DNA of 64,000 nucleotides from Eubacteriales bacterium (lineage in GTDB: Bacteria > Bacillota > Clostridia > Oscillospirales > SIG627): contig JAZOLO010000003.1 in assembly GCA_045653035.1 (NCBI GenBank), positions 24,514 to 88,513 on the forward strand. The letters are read 5' to 3'. The translations under genes and the position numbers were made by a program. Positions 24,770 through 34,991 of the stretch are shown here, in pieces; position 1 is the stretch's first letter; every line of letters starts with the position of its first letter. Under the pieces are notes generated by a model, which was not told where the DNA came from, ran no database searches, and worked only from the letters and a program-made list of their open reading frames with translations.

Positions 24770-26653
24770 TCATTTCATGTTGAAGTATATTAAAAGCACC
24801 GATATATCCGCAGGGCTTATTCCTGAAATACGGGAAGCCTGTCCGATATTGAGGGGCTTTATTTTATTGAGCTTCTGAGATGCCTCTATTCTGATACCCT
24901 TGACAGTGGTATAGTCTATATCCTGAGGAAGCTTTTTGTTTTCAAGCTTTTTGAAGGCTTCTATTTCAAGCTCCTGCTTTTTGATATATCCCTTATACTT
25001 AATTTCGGTCTCAGCACGTCTCATTGCCTCTTTTGAAAGAGTGGGGCGTGTTTTATCAACGCGACTTAGTATCTCATAATTCAGCTCGGGACGTCTTACA
25101 AGGTCGCCGTAGCGTATACCCGTTGTAACGGGTGCAGAATTGTTCTCACAAAGTATTCTGTCAAGCTCTGACGAGGGTGCGATAAAGGTGCTTTCCGCCC
25201 TCTCTATCTCACGGTCTATTTCCTCGAAAAGCTTCATCTTTACTTCATATCTCTCGTCGTCAATAAGCCCTGCGAATCTTCCGTATTCTATAAGACGGCG
25301 GTCTGCATTATCCTGTCTTAAAAGAAGTCTGTACTCGCAACGAGATGTCATTATTCTGTAAGGCTCGTTTGTTCCTTTTGTTACAAGGTCATCAATAAGA
25401 GTCCCGATATACGATGATGCTCTTGTTAGTATCATGGGCTCTCGTCCTTGAAGGCTCAGGGATGCATTTATTCCTGCAACAAGTCCCTGTGCCGCCGCTT
25501 CCTCGTAGCCCGAGGTGCCGTTGAACTGTCCTGCACCATAAAGACCTTCTATCTCCTTGAATTCAAGGGTAGGAAGAAGTTGGGTCGGGTCTGCAAGGTC
25601 GTACTCTATCGCATAAGCTGTACGCATTACCTCTGCGTTTTCAAGTCCCTTTATGGAGTGGAGAATCTTGAGCTGTACGTCCTCGGGAAGTGATGAGCTG
25701 AGTCCCTGTACGTATACCTCGTCTGTATCTCTGCCCATAGGCTCAAGGAAAAGCTGATGCCTTTCCTTGTCGGAAAATCTTACAACCTTATCCTCTATAC
25801 TGGGACAGTATCGAGGTCCTACACCTCTGATATTACCCGAATAAAGTGGGGAGCGGTGAAGGTTTTCTTTTATAATATTGTGAGTGCTTTCATTAGTATA
25901 AACTGTATAGCAATTATACTGTTCCCTTGCCTGAAACTCGTCTTTATCAGTATAATAGGAGTAGCAGTACGGCTCTTTGTCGCCGGGCTGTACCTCGGTT
26001 TTTTCATAGTCTATACTGTCTTTATGGATACGTGCGGGAGTACCTGTCTTAAAGCGGAGCATCTTCATGCCAAGCTTTTCAAGGGACTCTGTTAAGAAAG
26101 ATGCAGGAAACATATTATCGGGACCAGATGAAAAGCTCACGTCACCAACTATAACTCTTGCGTTAAGATAAGTGCCTGTGGAAATTATAACTTTTTTCGC
26201 GTGCCACTCGGCACCGTAGCGTGTTGTAACAGAAAGTCCGCCCTCTTCACGCTCAACCGATACAATTTCAGCCTGTATAAGACGAAGATTCTCGGTCTTT
26301 TCGATAGTCTTCTTCATAAGGGTCTGATAGGCTCTGCGGTCTGCCTGCATACGAAGAGAGTGCACGGCAGGGCCTTTTCCGAGGTTGAGCATACGGCTTT
26401 GCATACACACCTTGTCGGCGGCTCGACCCATCTCACCGCCAAGGGCATCAATCTCATAAACAAGGTGTCCCTTTCCCGTACCTCCGATAGACGGATTACA
26501 GGGCATATTTCCTACTGCGTCAAGATTGAGGGTAAAGAGTATGGTACTGCATCCCATTCGGGCTGCCGCCAATGCCGCCTCTATTCCTGCGTGACCTGCT
26601 CCTATTACTATAATATCTGTATTTCCAGCGTAATATCTTTGAGTATCTGTCAT
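24770..26653 (-). CDS. mnmG: tRNA uridine 5-carboxymethylaminomethyl modification enzyme
   Basis: FAD motif [22 protein letters not shown]. The ATG at 26653 lies 1 nt after the mnmE stop; the track start at 26668 is a GTG inside mnmE. Confidence 0.95.
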   Translation of the reverse strand: MTDTQRYYAGNTDIIVIGAGHAGIEAALAAARMGCSTILFTLNLDAVGNMPCNPSIGGTGKGHLVYEIDALGGEMGRAADKVCMQSRMLNLGKGPAVHSLRMQADRRAYQTLMKKTIEKTENLRLIQAEIVSVEREEGGLSVTTRYGAEWHAKKVIISTGTYLNARVIVGDVSFSSGPDNMFPASFLTESLEKLGMKMLRFKTGTPARIHKDSIDYEKTEVQPGDKEPYCYSYYTDKDEFQAREQYNCYTVYTNESTHNIIKENLHRSPLYSGNIRGVGPRYCPSIEDKVVRFSDKERHQLFLEPMGRDTDEVYVQGLSSSLPEDVQLKILHSIKGLENAEVMRTAYAIEYDLADPTQLLPTLEFKEIEGLYGAGQFNGTSGYEEAAAQGLVAGINASLSLQGREPMILTRASSYIGTLIDDLVTKGTNEPYRIMTSRCEYRLLLRQDNADRRLIEYGRFAGLIDDERYEVKMKLFEEIDREIERAESTFIAPSSELDRILCENNSAPVTTGIRYGDLVRRPELNYEILSRVDKTRPTLSKEAMRRAETEIKYKGYIKKQELEIEAFKKLENKKLPQDIDYTTVKGIRIEASQKLNKIKPLNIGQASRISGISPADISVLLIYFNMK

Positions 26654-26654
26654 T

Positions 26655-28040
26655 TTATTTTCCCACACAAAACTTTGAGAATATTTCGTTTACTACTTTT
26701 TCGGCAACCGTTCTTGAGTCAATCTCTCCCACGATATTCACAGCTCTTTCAAGTTCAATCGCTCCCATGTCCTTCATTCCGTCCTTAACAAGGTGCTCTG
26801 CTTCGTCAAGTGTCTTAACCGTCTTTTTGAGGGAGGTAATCTGACGGATGTTTGTTATTACCTCACCACGCTCAACTGCGTTCTCTGAGGTAATAAAGCC
26901 TTCTATTACGGCTTTCTTCAAGGTGTCGATTCCCTCACCCGTTTTGCCCGAAATGGCAAAGCCACAACCTAGCTCCTTTTCAATGAGTTCTTTTTCAAGA
27001 ACGCTTGCAAGGTCGCTTTTGGTGAACACAGGGATAATAACCTTATCTTCTGCTTTTTTCAGTTCTTCTATAATCTCCCTGTCACTGTCGTCAAGAGGAC
27101 GGGATAGGTCAAAAAGAGGAAGGATAAGCTCGGTTGAGTCTTCAGAAATCTTTTCCTTTGCGATGTCCACACCCACCTTCTCGATTTCGTCCGATGTGTC
27201 TTTTCTGATACCTGCAGTATCAAAAAGGCGAAGTACAACGCCGTCAATCTCGACACTCTGTTCAAGAACGTCTCGGGTTGTACCCGGTATATCGGTAACG
27301 ATAGCTTTTTTTGCAGAAAGAAGCAAGTTAAAGAAAGAGGATTTGCCAACGTTGGGCTTTCCTACGATCACTGTGTTTATTCCGTGCGCTACTGCGTGTC
27401 CGCTTTTATAGGTAGATATAAGTGACGTGCATTTAGCACGAGTATCGTTTATTTTGTCAAGGAGAGTTATATCATCCATATCCTCGAGGTCTTCCTCGGG
27501 ATAGTCGATAGAAGCGTAAAGAGAGGAGATAAGTGATATGATTTCACCCGTTATTTCTTCAAGCTTTTCAGAAAGCACGCCGTCAATATGACGTGCTGAA
27601 AGACGTACTGCCCTCTCACCCTCTGCCGTAAGAAGGTCACCTATAGCTTCCGCTTCGGTAAGACTGATTTTATTATTTATAAATGCGCGTCGTGTAAATT
27701 CCCCCGCATCTGCCATTCTTGCACCTTTTTCGAGGACAGCAGAAAGAACCATGGCTGTTACGGTATAACCTCCGTGGCATGAGATTTCCACCATATCCTC
27801 ACCCGTAAAGCTACGGGGGGCTACAAAATAGGTGAGCATTCCGCTGTCAATATTTGATTTTTCATCATAAATATCACCGTATACCGCATAGCGTTCGGGG
27901 TAGCTTTTAAGAGCTTTTCCTGATTTTGCGGAAAATATCTTTTCTGAAAGCTCAATAGCACCGCTTCCCGATATTCTTATTACGGCAATACCGCCCTGAC
28001 CTCTTGGAGTAGATACGGCGGCAATTATATCACTTAACAT
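26655..28040 (-). CDS. mnmE: tRNA modification GTPase
   Basis: Contains ...[19 protein letters not shown]..., the G-domain GKPNVGKSS and DTAGIR, and the C-terminal CVGK. Confidence 0.95.
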   Translation of the reverse strand: MLSDIIAAVSTPRGQGGIAVIRISGSGAIELSEKIFSAKSGKALKSYPERYAVYGDIYDEKSNIDSGMLTYFVAPRSFTGEDMVEISCHGGYTVTAMVLSAVLEKGARMADAGEFTRRAFINNKISLTEAEAIGDLLTAEGERAVRLSARHIDGVLSEKLEEITGEIISLISSLYASIDYPEEDLEDMDDITLLDKINDTRAKCTSLISTYKSGHAVAHGINTVIVGKPNVGKSSFFNLLLSAKKAIVTDIPGTTRDVLEQSVEIDGVVLRLFDTAGIRKDTSDEIEKVGVDIAKEKISEDSTELILPLFDLSRPLDDSDREIIEELKKAEDKVIIPVFTKSDLASVLEKELIEKELGCGFAISGKTGEGIDTLKKAVIEGFITSENAVERGEVITNIRQITSLKKTVKTLDEAEHLVKDGMKDMGAIELERAVNIVGEIDSRTVAEKVVNEIFSKFCVGK

Positions 28041-28061
28041 AATGCTCCTTATAAAAACAAT

Positions 28062-28094
28062 GGGTAAATTCAGGGCAAGAGCCTGAATTTACCC
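28062..28094 (-). terminator. 13-bp perfect hairpin GGGTAAATTCAGG-N7-CCTGAATTTACCC between jag and mnmE
   Basis: Seen directly. On the minus strand it is followed by ATTGTTTTTAT. Confidence 0.5.
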
Positions 28095-28101
28095 TTTTTC
28101 T

Positions 28102-28917
28102 TTAATAAATATCGCTTTCGTCGGGGTCTGCTAATCCCAGTTCTTCTATGCTCTTTGCCTTTACAACGGGTTGCTTTGAAACGCCACCGCCTGCATAGGT
28201 CAAAGGGATATCGGGATCAAGTGCCTTTTTGGGGGCTTTATCTACTTTTTTAACCTCTGCACTCTTCTGGACTTTGGGTTTCTGGTTTCTCTGATTTTCA
28301 GGTGAAACCACAACCTTACGCTGATCACCTGAGCCTACCGAGAAGGTAGTAACTCCTTCGATGTTCTGTACCTCTGAATGAATAGTACGGCGCTCGTATG
28401 CACTCATAGGTTCAAGGGCAATATTTCTGCCCTGTCTCTTTGCTCTTGCGGCAGTCTTCTGTGCAAGCTTACGAAGTGCGTCCTGACGCTTTTCACGGTA
28501 GTTTTCAACGTCTACCACGTATCTGCGGTAGCCTTCAACACCTTTGTTTGCTGCGAGGTTTGTGAGATACTGGAGAGCCTCAAGAATTTCTCCGTGGTGA
28601 CCGATAATAAGTCCCATATCGTCGCCTGTCACGCTGATAGTTGCTTCCTTATCCGAATTCTCGGTAAACACAATATCGTCAGTGGAAAGGTCAAGGTCCT
28701 GAAGTACGGTTTTTACAAAGTTCAAAGCAAGCTCGTCGGGAGTTTCTTCTATCTTCACTCTGATTTTCGCATCCTGTGCTCCTATTCCGAAAAGTCCTTT
28801 CTTTGACTCTGATACGACCTCGTATTTAAGGTCTTCTTTTCTAATGCCTGTCTGCTCGGATGCAAGTTCAATTGCTTCTTCCACAGATTTGGCAGATATA
28901 ACTAATTCTTTTGCCAA
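28102..28917 (-). CDS. jag: Jag/KhpB RNA-binding protein (Jag_N, KH, R3H)
   Basis: R3H region LEPMSAYERRTIHSEVQ. It holds the conserved position downstream of yidC. Confidence 0.88.
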   Translation of the reverse strand: MAKELVISAKSVEEAIELASEQTGIRKEDLKYEVVSESKKGLFGIGAQDAKIRVKIEETPDELALNFVKTVLQDLDLSTDDIVFTENSDKEATISVTGDDMGLIIGHHGEILEALQYLTNLAANKGVEGYRRYVVDVENYREKRQDALRKLAQKTAARAKRQGRNIALEPMSAYERRTIHSEVQNIEGVTTFSVGSGDQRKVVVSPENQRNQKPKVQKSAEVKKVDKAPKKALDPDIPLTYAGGGVSKQPVVKAKSIEELGLADPDESDIY

Positions 28918-28944
28918 CGGAAATTTCCTCCCAAAATAAATATA

Positions 28945-30051
28945 TTACTTCAGAGGCGCTTTGGGGATAATTGAGTCTCCCTTGGGCTCATCCTCTTCTT
29001 CGTCTGATAAAATGCTACTATTTGCTGTACTCTCTACAGGTGTTTCGTCATCGTCGTCATCAAAGATAAGTGACTTACGGTTTGTATTTTCAGATGCCTT
29101 GTAGGGCTTTGATTTGTTCTGTGCGGCGTATGCCTTTTCTGCTGCACGAAGCTCCTCCTCCGTCATTGCGGGAATGGGAAACATACGGCTTAAGATAAAC
29201 TGCTGAATGAACGACAGAATGGAGCGGTAAGTCCAATAAAGACCCATTACTGCAGGCCAACGGAAAGCAAGGTACGCCGAGAAGAGAGGCATCATGATAT
29301 TCATGAGCTTCATGCTGGATTCCGCTTCTGCATTGGTGGGTGACTGATAGGTAAACTTACGGGTAAGCTTCTGACCGTAATATGCCGAAAGGAAGGTTAT
29401 AACAGGGATAATGAGAAGCTGATAAGCTCCGTCAAACGCCTTCATAGGAGTCATGGACAGGTCGAGGAAGTTACCAAACATAGAGAAGTTGGGAATAACG
29501 TAGCCTTCAACGGCTTCCTTTATAGATGCTACGTTACCGTTTGCTATAATCTCTCTTATAAGAGGTATTTCAAACTGTGAAAGCTGTTTTACACCCATCG
29601 AAGCATAGGTTTCTGCAAAGGTGGGTGAAATTCCCTCAACTATTCCCTTGAGGTTCATAATAAGGCTCTCGTCCATACCCGAAACGTATGAAAGAGGTCT
29701 CTGAATTACGTAGAAAAGGGCGATAAGAATGGGGAACTGTATAAGAAGAGGAAGACATCCCGAAAGAGGACTGAAGTTTTCCTCCTGATAGAGCTTCTGT
29801 ATCTCCTCTTGCATCTTCATCTGAGTAGCACGGTCTGTTCTGCCCGCATACTTCTTGCGGATAGCCGCTTCCTTAGGACGAAGCTTTGCCTGTTTCTGAG
29901 AGTTCTTTTGCTGTTTTATTCCAAAAGGGAAAAGTAAAATCTGCACGATAAGTGAAAAGAGAAGAAGCGCTACTGCGTAGCCGCCGAAATTCTCACAAAT
30001 ACCGTAGCACAGTTTCATTAGCCAGCCAAAGGCTTTATAAATAATCTGCAT
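28945..30051 (-). CDS. yidC: Membrane protein insertase YidC/Oxa1 family
   Basis: Contains ...KLRPKEAAIRKKYAG...QEEIQKLYQEENFSPLSGCLPLLIQFPILIALF.... Confidence 0.92.
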   Translation of the reverse strand: MQIIYKAFGWLMKLCYGICENFGGYAVALLLFSLIVQILLFPFGIKQQKNSQKQAKLRPKEAAIRKKYAGRTDRATQMKMQEEIQKLYQEENFSPLSGCLPLLIQFPILIALFYVIQRPLSYVSGMDESLIMNLKGIVEGISPTFAETYASMGVKQLSQFEIPLIREIIANGNVASIKEAVEGYVIPNFSMFGNFLDLSMTPMKAFDGAYQLLIIPVITFLSAYYGQKLTRKFTYQSPTNAEAESSMKLMNIMMPLFSAYLAFRWPAVMGLYWTYRSILSFIQQFILSRMFPIPAMTEEELRAAEKAYAAQNKSKPYKASENTNRKSLIFDDDDDETPVESTANSSILSDEEEDEPKGDSIIPKAPLK

Positions 30052-30072
30052 TTATTGCTCCTTTAATTTTAT

Positions 30073-30282
30073 TCAAGGGACGGGGTCATAACCGCCCTTG
30101 CAAAACGGATTGCATCTCAGTATTCGCCACAAGGTAAGAAAAAGACCCTTGAAAGCTCCGTGCTTTTCAAACGCCTCTATTGCATACTGTGAGCAAGTAG
30201 GCGTAAAACGACAGCAAGGCGGGAAAAGAGGAGAAATAAACTTTCGGTAAAGTTTAATAAAAAAAATAAAAACATGTTTCAT
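30073..30282 (-). CDS. yidD: Membrane protein insertion efficiency factor
   Basis: Contains [26 protein letters not shown]...[15 protein letters not shown]. Confidence 0.93.
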   Translation of the reverse strand: MKHVFIFFIKLYRKFISPLFPPCCRFTPTCSQYAIEAFEKHGAFKGLFLTLWRILRCNPFCKGGYDPVP

Positions 30283-30644
30283 TGTTCTTTTCCTGTGACA
30301 CCAAGTTCTTCAAATGCACGTTTCACGTCCCGTAGGACGTCCTGCATACGGGTGGTTTTCAAAAAGCATCTTTTTCTTGCAACAAAAACGAAATAGTAAG
30401 GCTTCGTGTTTATATCGCTCCCCTCAAGTATGAGAGTGCGGTAAGCCTCACGAATAATACGGCGCGCTCTGTTGCGCTCTACTGCACCGCCCATCTTTTT
30501 ACTTGCGGTTATCCCTATCATGGCATGTGGCAGATTATTGTTCTTACGGCAATATACTGCCACAGTCGGTTGTGGGGAGCTTTTAGCCTTCAAGTACATG
30601 CGGGTAAATACCGAATTATTCTTGATTGTAAATATTTTTTCCAT
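30279..30644 (-). CDS. rnpA: Ribonuclease P protein component
   Basis: Contains ...[25 protein letters not shown].... It overlaps yidD by 4 nt. Confidence 0.92.
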   Translation of the reverse strand: MEKIFTIKNNSVFTRMYLKAKSSPQPTVAVYCRKNNNLPHAMIGITASKKMGGAVERNRARRIIREAYRTLILEGSDINTKPYYFVFVARKRCFLKTTRMQDVLRDVKRAFEELGVTGKEQ

Positions 30645-30743
30645 ATTTCCTCAAATAAAAGGAAAAACCCCCGAATAAAGCCGCCCACAGTTAATGGGTT
30701 CGGAATTCTTATCGGCGGTTTAACATCTGCACTATCTGCTATC

Positions 30744-30878
30744 TTAATAAGTAAGACGTGCTCTTCCTTTTGCTCTGCGTCTCTTGAGAACCTTTCTTCC
30801 GTTAGCAGTCTTCATTCTCTTACGGAAACCGTGTTCCATCTTTCTCTGTCTCTTCTTAGGCTGGTATGTTCTAAGCAT
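30744..30878 (-). CDS. rpmH: 50S ribosomal protein L34 (44 aa; below ORF-track cutoff)
   Basis: My translation is [52 protein letters not shown] lies 7 nt upstream. Confidence 0.95.
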   Translation of the reverse strand: MLRTYQPKKRQRKMEHGFRKRMKTANGRKVLKRRRAKGRARLTY

Positions 30879-30944
30879 ATCTGCACCTCCTTTTATAGCC
30901 ATCACGTAAAGATACGCGTGTTGTCAATTTTTTCGTCGCATATC

Positions 30945-30973
30945 ATTATACAAATTTTTATGCGACTTGTCAA
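30945..30973 (-). promoter_or_regulatory. Consensus sigma-A promoter TTGACA-17-TATAAT for rpmH, bracketed by an 8-bp inverted repeat GTCGCATA / TATGCGAC (30935-30942, 30959-30966)
   Basis: The reverse strand reads TTGACAagtcgcataaaaatttgTATAATgatatgcgac. Confidence 0.7.
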
Positions 30974-31000
30974 TAGTTTTTTTGTTTTTTCTTTCGCAAG

Positions 31001-31032
31001 TTTTGAGTGGCACGTTGCCATGCCACTCAAAA
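31001..31032. other. 12-bp perfect hairpin TTTTGAGTGGCA-N8-TGCCACTCAAAA just after the lipoprotein gene stop; terminator-like but without a U-tract on the minus strand
   Basis: Seen directly. The loop also contains a nested TGGCA-CGT-TGCCA alternative pairing. Confidence 0.4.
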
Positions 31033-31041
31033 CATGCATTT

Positions 31042-32943
31042 TTATTCTTCTGTTACTGTTTCTAATTCAGCTTCTGCTGTTTCCTCACCCTCGGGGAGTA
31101 CTTCGCCCTCAGCAAGCTCGGGATTGAGAAGTGCCGCTTCTTCTCTTCTCTTCTTTTCTTCCTTGGAAATTACCGAGTTATCTATCGCGGTTGTTCCCCC
31201 GGGACGTGTTGCCGAGAATGTTGAAAAGGTTCCGTTAAGGCTTGTAAGAAGTGCGTTATAGGTTTCTAAATAAGGCTCGTCCTCTTCAACGGGATAAAGT
31301 CCGAGTACGTCTTCGTATTTACCCATCCTTGTGGTTGCTTCCTCAAGTACTGCATCAATTTCAACTTCGCCTTTCATAAGACCGTAAATGTATTCTTTGG
31401 CTATTCTGTTGATTTCGGTGAATGCCTTTTCGTCTTCACCGTCTAGCTCCTCGGAATATCCGATGAATGCACTTGCCTTGATATTAAGATTTCTCTGAAT
31501 TGAATTCTGTTGGTAGTTTGCACCAAGCTCTTGGGGTACGTAACCGATAAGGCTGTTACCAAATCTTTCAAATGCTATATTATAATCATTTGTAAGCTTT
31601 GTAATAGTTTCGCCGTCAAGATTTACTTCATAGTGAACGTTTTCTACACCGAAGGTAATAAGATTACGAAGATCTTCATTGGTGCAGAAGCCAGAGATAA
31701 GCTGAACTGCACGGCTGGGATACTTACAAGATGTGCTTACTACGAATGTAGAACCAAATGCATCCTTTGTGGTTACCTTGGGATATGTGTAGGTATAGTA
31801 TGAATACTTGTCTGACTTGTCTCCGAGCTGTGCCTTAATCTCGTCAAGAGTTCCCTGGAAGATACCAACTGCGAAATCGGTAGTCTTGGGGTCTGCTCCC
31901 TCCGCACCAAAGAAACCAGAAGCACGGTATTTGCTCATCTTCTTGAAGTGAAGATATGCAACACCTGAGTTCATACCTGAACCTATATCGAATGTGAATT
32001 CAAGCTCATTGGAATTTGTTGCTGTTGCTTCTATATTTTTTGTACCGTACGCTGGGAAGTTATCCATGTCGTTGTTGTAGAAGTCGAAGCTCTGGATAGC
32101 CTTAGGAGGTGCCAAAAATACTGTGCACTTCTCATTTGCCTTAACGGTGTCAAGCCACTCATCAAGTGAGTTGAGCGTAGGAGGGATATCTGTGGGAAGC
32201 TCAAGTCCGTACTTTTCAACGAGATCTGTTCTGAACGCATAATAATAACCTTCGTTGCTATCGGCACCAAGCTTTCTGTTAGCAGGTACACCATAGTATG
32301 AACCTGCTACCTTTGCAACTGCAACAGTGAGGGGGTTTACGTACTTGGTAATGATGCTGTATGTACTTGTAAGAGGTGATGAAATATCAGCTATTCTCTC
32401 ACGCTCGATGAGGTCGAGATAATATTTGTAGTCATCTACAAGGAAAAGGTCTAGCTGAACATCGTCGGACATGGTAACGCTGATCTCTTCCATTGATTCT
32501 CCGCGTGCTTCATTCCACTTCTCGTATTCTCTCTGGGCACGCTTTTTTTCCTTCTGCTGGTCGATAGTCAGAGCCTTAGCAGCAAGTCTTGCCGCCTTTG
32601 CCGCAGCAGTAGCAGCCTTTTCTGCAAGCTCTGTTCTTTCTATCTGCTCGTCAACGGAAACAAATGCGTTTTCTATCGTTTCACTGTAGTCCTCTGCACT
32701 GAGCAAATGGAGCTCAACAGTAGTCTTATACTTATCCTCTGTTATCCTATTGATTTCAGACTCTACAAGGGCTATTGCTTCGTCTGTAGTACCCTCTTCC
32801 TTTATTCCGTAAAGGGTGAGAGTTATTGCAGGAATAGAGCTTGTTTCTTCTTCGTAGTCGGTGTCTACATCCGAGCAGGAAGTAAGAAGAACCGACGTAC
32901 ACATTGCTACAAGAAGGAGCAAGCTTATAATCTTATTTCTCAT
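31042..32943 (-). CDS. Orphan extracellular solute-binding lipoprotein (LplA/YtcQ-like, ~633 aa) with an acidic C-terminal tail
   Basis: Lipobox in MRNKIISLLLLVAMCTSVLLTSC/SD. GAGGAGG RBS precedes the ATG at 32943. Large sugar-binding-protein-like body. No permease genes are adjacent. Confidence 0.65.
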   Translation of the reverse strand: MRNKIISLLLLVAMCTSVLLTSCSDVDTDYEEETSSIPAITLTLYGIKEEGTTDEAIALVESEINRITEDKYKTTVELHLLSAEDYSETIENAFVSVDEQIERTELAEKAATAAAKAARLAAKALTIDQQKEKKRAQREYEKWNEARGESMEEISVTMSDDVQLDLFLVDDYKYYLDLIERERIADISSPLTSTYSIITKYVNPLTVAVAKVAGSYYGVPANRKLGADSNEGYYYAFRTDLVEKYGLELPTDIPPTLNSLDEWLDTVKANEKCTVFLAPPKAIQSFDFYNNDMDNFPAYGTKNIEATATNSNELEFTFDIGSGMNSGVAYLHFKKMSKYRASGFFGAEGADPKTTDFAVGIFQGTLDEIKAQLGDKSDKYSYYTYTYPKVTTKDAFGSTFVVSTSCKYPSRAVQLISGFCTNEDLRNLITFGVENVHYEVNLDGETITKLTNDYNIAFERFGNSLIGYVPQELGANYQQNSIQRNLNIKASAFIGYSEELDGEDEKAFTEINRIAKEYIYGLMKGEVEIDAVLEEATTRMGKYEDVLGLYPVEEDEPYLETYNALLTSLNGTFSTFSATRPGGTTAIDNSVISKEEKKRREEAALLNPELAEGEVLPEGEETAEAELETVTEE

Positions 32944-33020
32944 GGGAAACCTCCTCAATATAATACAAAGAAAATTAGCTGTGACGGGCATTCGCACGGC
33001 ACTATATCATAAACAAAGTT

Positions 33021-33049
33021 ATTTTACACTATTGTGAGCTTTATGTCAA
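33021..33049 (-). promoter_or_regulatory. Sigma-A promoter TTGACA-17-TAAAAT for the orphan lipoprotein gene
   Basis: The reverse strand reads TTGACAtaaagctcacaatagtgTAAAAT. Confidence 0.6.
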
Positions 33050-33109
33050 GTGAGAAAATACCCAATTCACAGGGCAATATTTTATGAAAAGTCACAACTT
33101 GTGGAAATT

Positions 33110-33802
33110 TTACAAACATTTAATAATTTCAGAAAGGGCTTCGCCTGCCTGAATTGATGCCGACTCCGAAAAGGTGTCGTAGCTCATGCCTGCATTGTTA
33201 TCGGCAAAATCCGAAATACTCCTTATTACGAGAAAGGGTACTTCGTTAAGAATACAGGTTTGTGAAATGGAAGCTCCCTCCATTTCGACGCACGAGCCCG
33301 AGAGCTCTTCTCTGAGGTAACGGCTCTTTTCGCTGTCCTCCACAAAAGAGTCTCCGCTGACAATACGCCCTGTAACGTAGTTCTTTATTTTGCCCAGACT
33401 CTTAAGCTTTTTACAAGCAGCTTCAGCAAGTGAAACAAGATTTTCGTCACATTTAAAAACACTTGTTTTCAAATTAACATCCTCTTCCAGAAGGGACATA
33501 GGATAAAAATCGTGATAGGTAGTATCTCTTGCCACCACCATGTCAAGAACAGAAAGACTTTTGTCAAGTCCTCCTGCTATTCCTACGTTTATAACGTAAT
33601 CGGGTGAAAAGCGGTCAATCAATCGCTGAGTTGCAACCGCACTGTTCACTTTACCTATTCCCGACACCGTAGCTATTATAAGGTGTCCCGAATATATACA
33701 CTTATATATCGCATTTTTGGAGTCAATAAGACTTGCCCCGAAATTTTCTCTTATATATGCTATCTCTTTATCCATAGCACATATTACGGCAACCGTACTC
33801 AT
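33110..33802 (-). CDS. mtnN: 5'-methylthioadenosine/S-adenosylhomocysteine nucleosidase
   Basis: Contains ...VAVICAMDKEI..., ...SGIGKVNSAVATQRLI..., ...GIAGGL... and ...VEMEGASI.... Confidence 0.9.
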   Translation of the reverse strand: MSTVAVICAMDKEIAYIRENFGASLIDSKNAIYKCIYSGHLIIATVSGIGKVNSAVATQRLIDRFSPDYVINVGIAGGLDKSLSVLDMVVARDTTYHDFYPMSLLEEDVNLKTSVFKCDENLVSLAEAACKKLKSLGKIKNYVTGRIVSGDSFVEDSEKSRYLREELSGSCVEMEGASISQTCILNEVPFLVIRSISDFADNNAGMSYDTFSESASIQAGEALSEIIKCL

Positions 33803-33811
33803 TTTACCACC

Positions 33812-34954
33812 TCAATCAAGATAGTCGCGAAGCTTCTTGGAACGGCTTGGATGTCTGAGCTTTCTGAGTGCCTTCGCTTCAATCTGTCTTATACGCTCTC
33901 TTGTGATGTTGAACTCGCGTCCAACCTCCTCAAGGGTTCTGGTTCTTCCGTCCTCAAGCCCGAAGCGAAGCTTCAGAACGCTCTTTTCGCGTGGGGTTAA
34001 GGTATTGAGCACCTCTTCAAGCTGTTCGCGGAACATTGTAAAGCTTACAGCGTCGGCAGGTGCAGGTGCTTCGTCATCGGGAATGAAGTCTCCAAGATGA
34101 CTGTCCTCCTCCTCACCGATAGGAGTTTCAAGAGATACCGGCTCCTGTGCTACCTTAAGAATATCACGCACCTTGTCTACGGGCATTCCTATTGCCTCTG
34201 AAATTTCCTCGGGAGTAGCGTCATGTCCCTCCTCCTGTAAAATCTGTCTTGATGCTCTCTGTACCTTATGTATGGTTTCCACCATGTGTACAGGAATTCT
34301 TATGGTTCTTGCCTGGTCAGCAATAGCTCTTGTTATTGCCTGTCTTATCCACCAGGTTGCGTAGGTTGAAAACTTATATGCCTTTGTGTAGTCGAACTTT
34401 TCAACCGCCTTCATTAGTCCGAGGTTTCCCTCCTGTATAAGGTCAAGGAAGTACATTCCGCGTCCCATGTATCTCTTTGCTATACTTACAACAAGCCTGA
34501 GATTTGCTTCTACAAGAAGCTGTTTTGCCTCCTCATCGCCTTCAAGCATTTTCTGAGAAAGCTCAATTTCTCGCTCCGTTTCGAGAAGTGGCACCTTGCC
34601 TATCTCCTTAAGATACATTCTTACGTGGTCTTCAATAGCAAGTCCTTCACTTGTGAGGGCGTTTTCCATGTCCTCGGAGGTTTCAAGTGTTTCAACCTCT
34701 TCTATATCGGAATCGTCAAAGCCGTCAACGTCAGGGTAGGCATCTATTATTTCAATGCCCATTGCCTCCATCGTTTCGTATACCTTCTCCATTGCCTCTG
34801 GGTCTATATCAACGCCCTCGAGTGCTTCCATTATTTCAAGAGGAGTAACGCTTCCTCTTGCCTTGACTTTTTTGATGAACGCCAGTATTTCTGGCTTTAA
34901 GTCCTTTGACTGTAAGGTTATTTCGGAGTCCTTCTCCATGTTGCTCGCTGTCAT
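33812..34954 (-). CDS. sigA: RNA polymerase sigma-70 factor, group 1 (canonical-looking SigA; distal copy)
   Basis: Regions 1.1-4.2 are all present. They include [115 protein letters not shown]. Confidence 0.9.
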   Translation of the reverse strand: MTASNMEKDSEITLQSKDLKPEILAFIKKVKARGSVTPLEIMEALEGVDIDPEAMEKVYETMEAMGIEIIDAYPDVDGFDDSDIEEVETLETSEDMENALTSEGLAIEDHVRMYLKEIGKVPLLETEREIELSQKMLEGDEEAKQLLVEANLRLVVSIAKRYMGRGMYFLDLIQEGNLGLMKAVEKFDYTKAYKFSTYATWWIRQAITRAIADQARTIRIPVHMVETIHKVQRASRQILQEEGHDATPEEISEAIGMPVDKVRDILKVAQEPVSLETPIGEEEDSHLGDFIPDDEAPAPADAVSFTMFREQLEEVLNTLTPREKSVLKLRFGLEDGRTRTLEEVGREFNITRERIRQIEAKALRKLRHPSRSKKLRDYLD

Positions 34955-34991
34955 TTTACAATAGTCCCTTTCTTTTTATACAACTGATATA

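Noticed and set aside
24114-24878. 254-aa plus-strand ORF exactly mirroring rsmG
   Set aside because: It is antisense to a confidently identified gene. The product is Ser/Ala/Phe-rich low complexity, with no RBS. This is the typical shadow ORF of a codon-biased gene.
30645-30743. Possible interleaved (pseudoknot-like) pairings CCGAA/TTCGG and GCCGCC/GGCGG in the rpmH-rnpA spacer
   Set aside because: The stems are only 5-6 bp, with several alternative registers. They cannot be distinguished from chance by eye, and rpmH-rnpA co-transcription is the norm.
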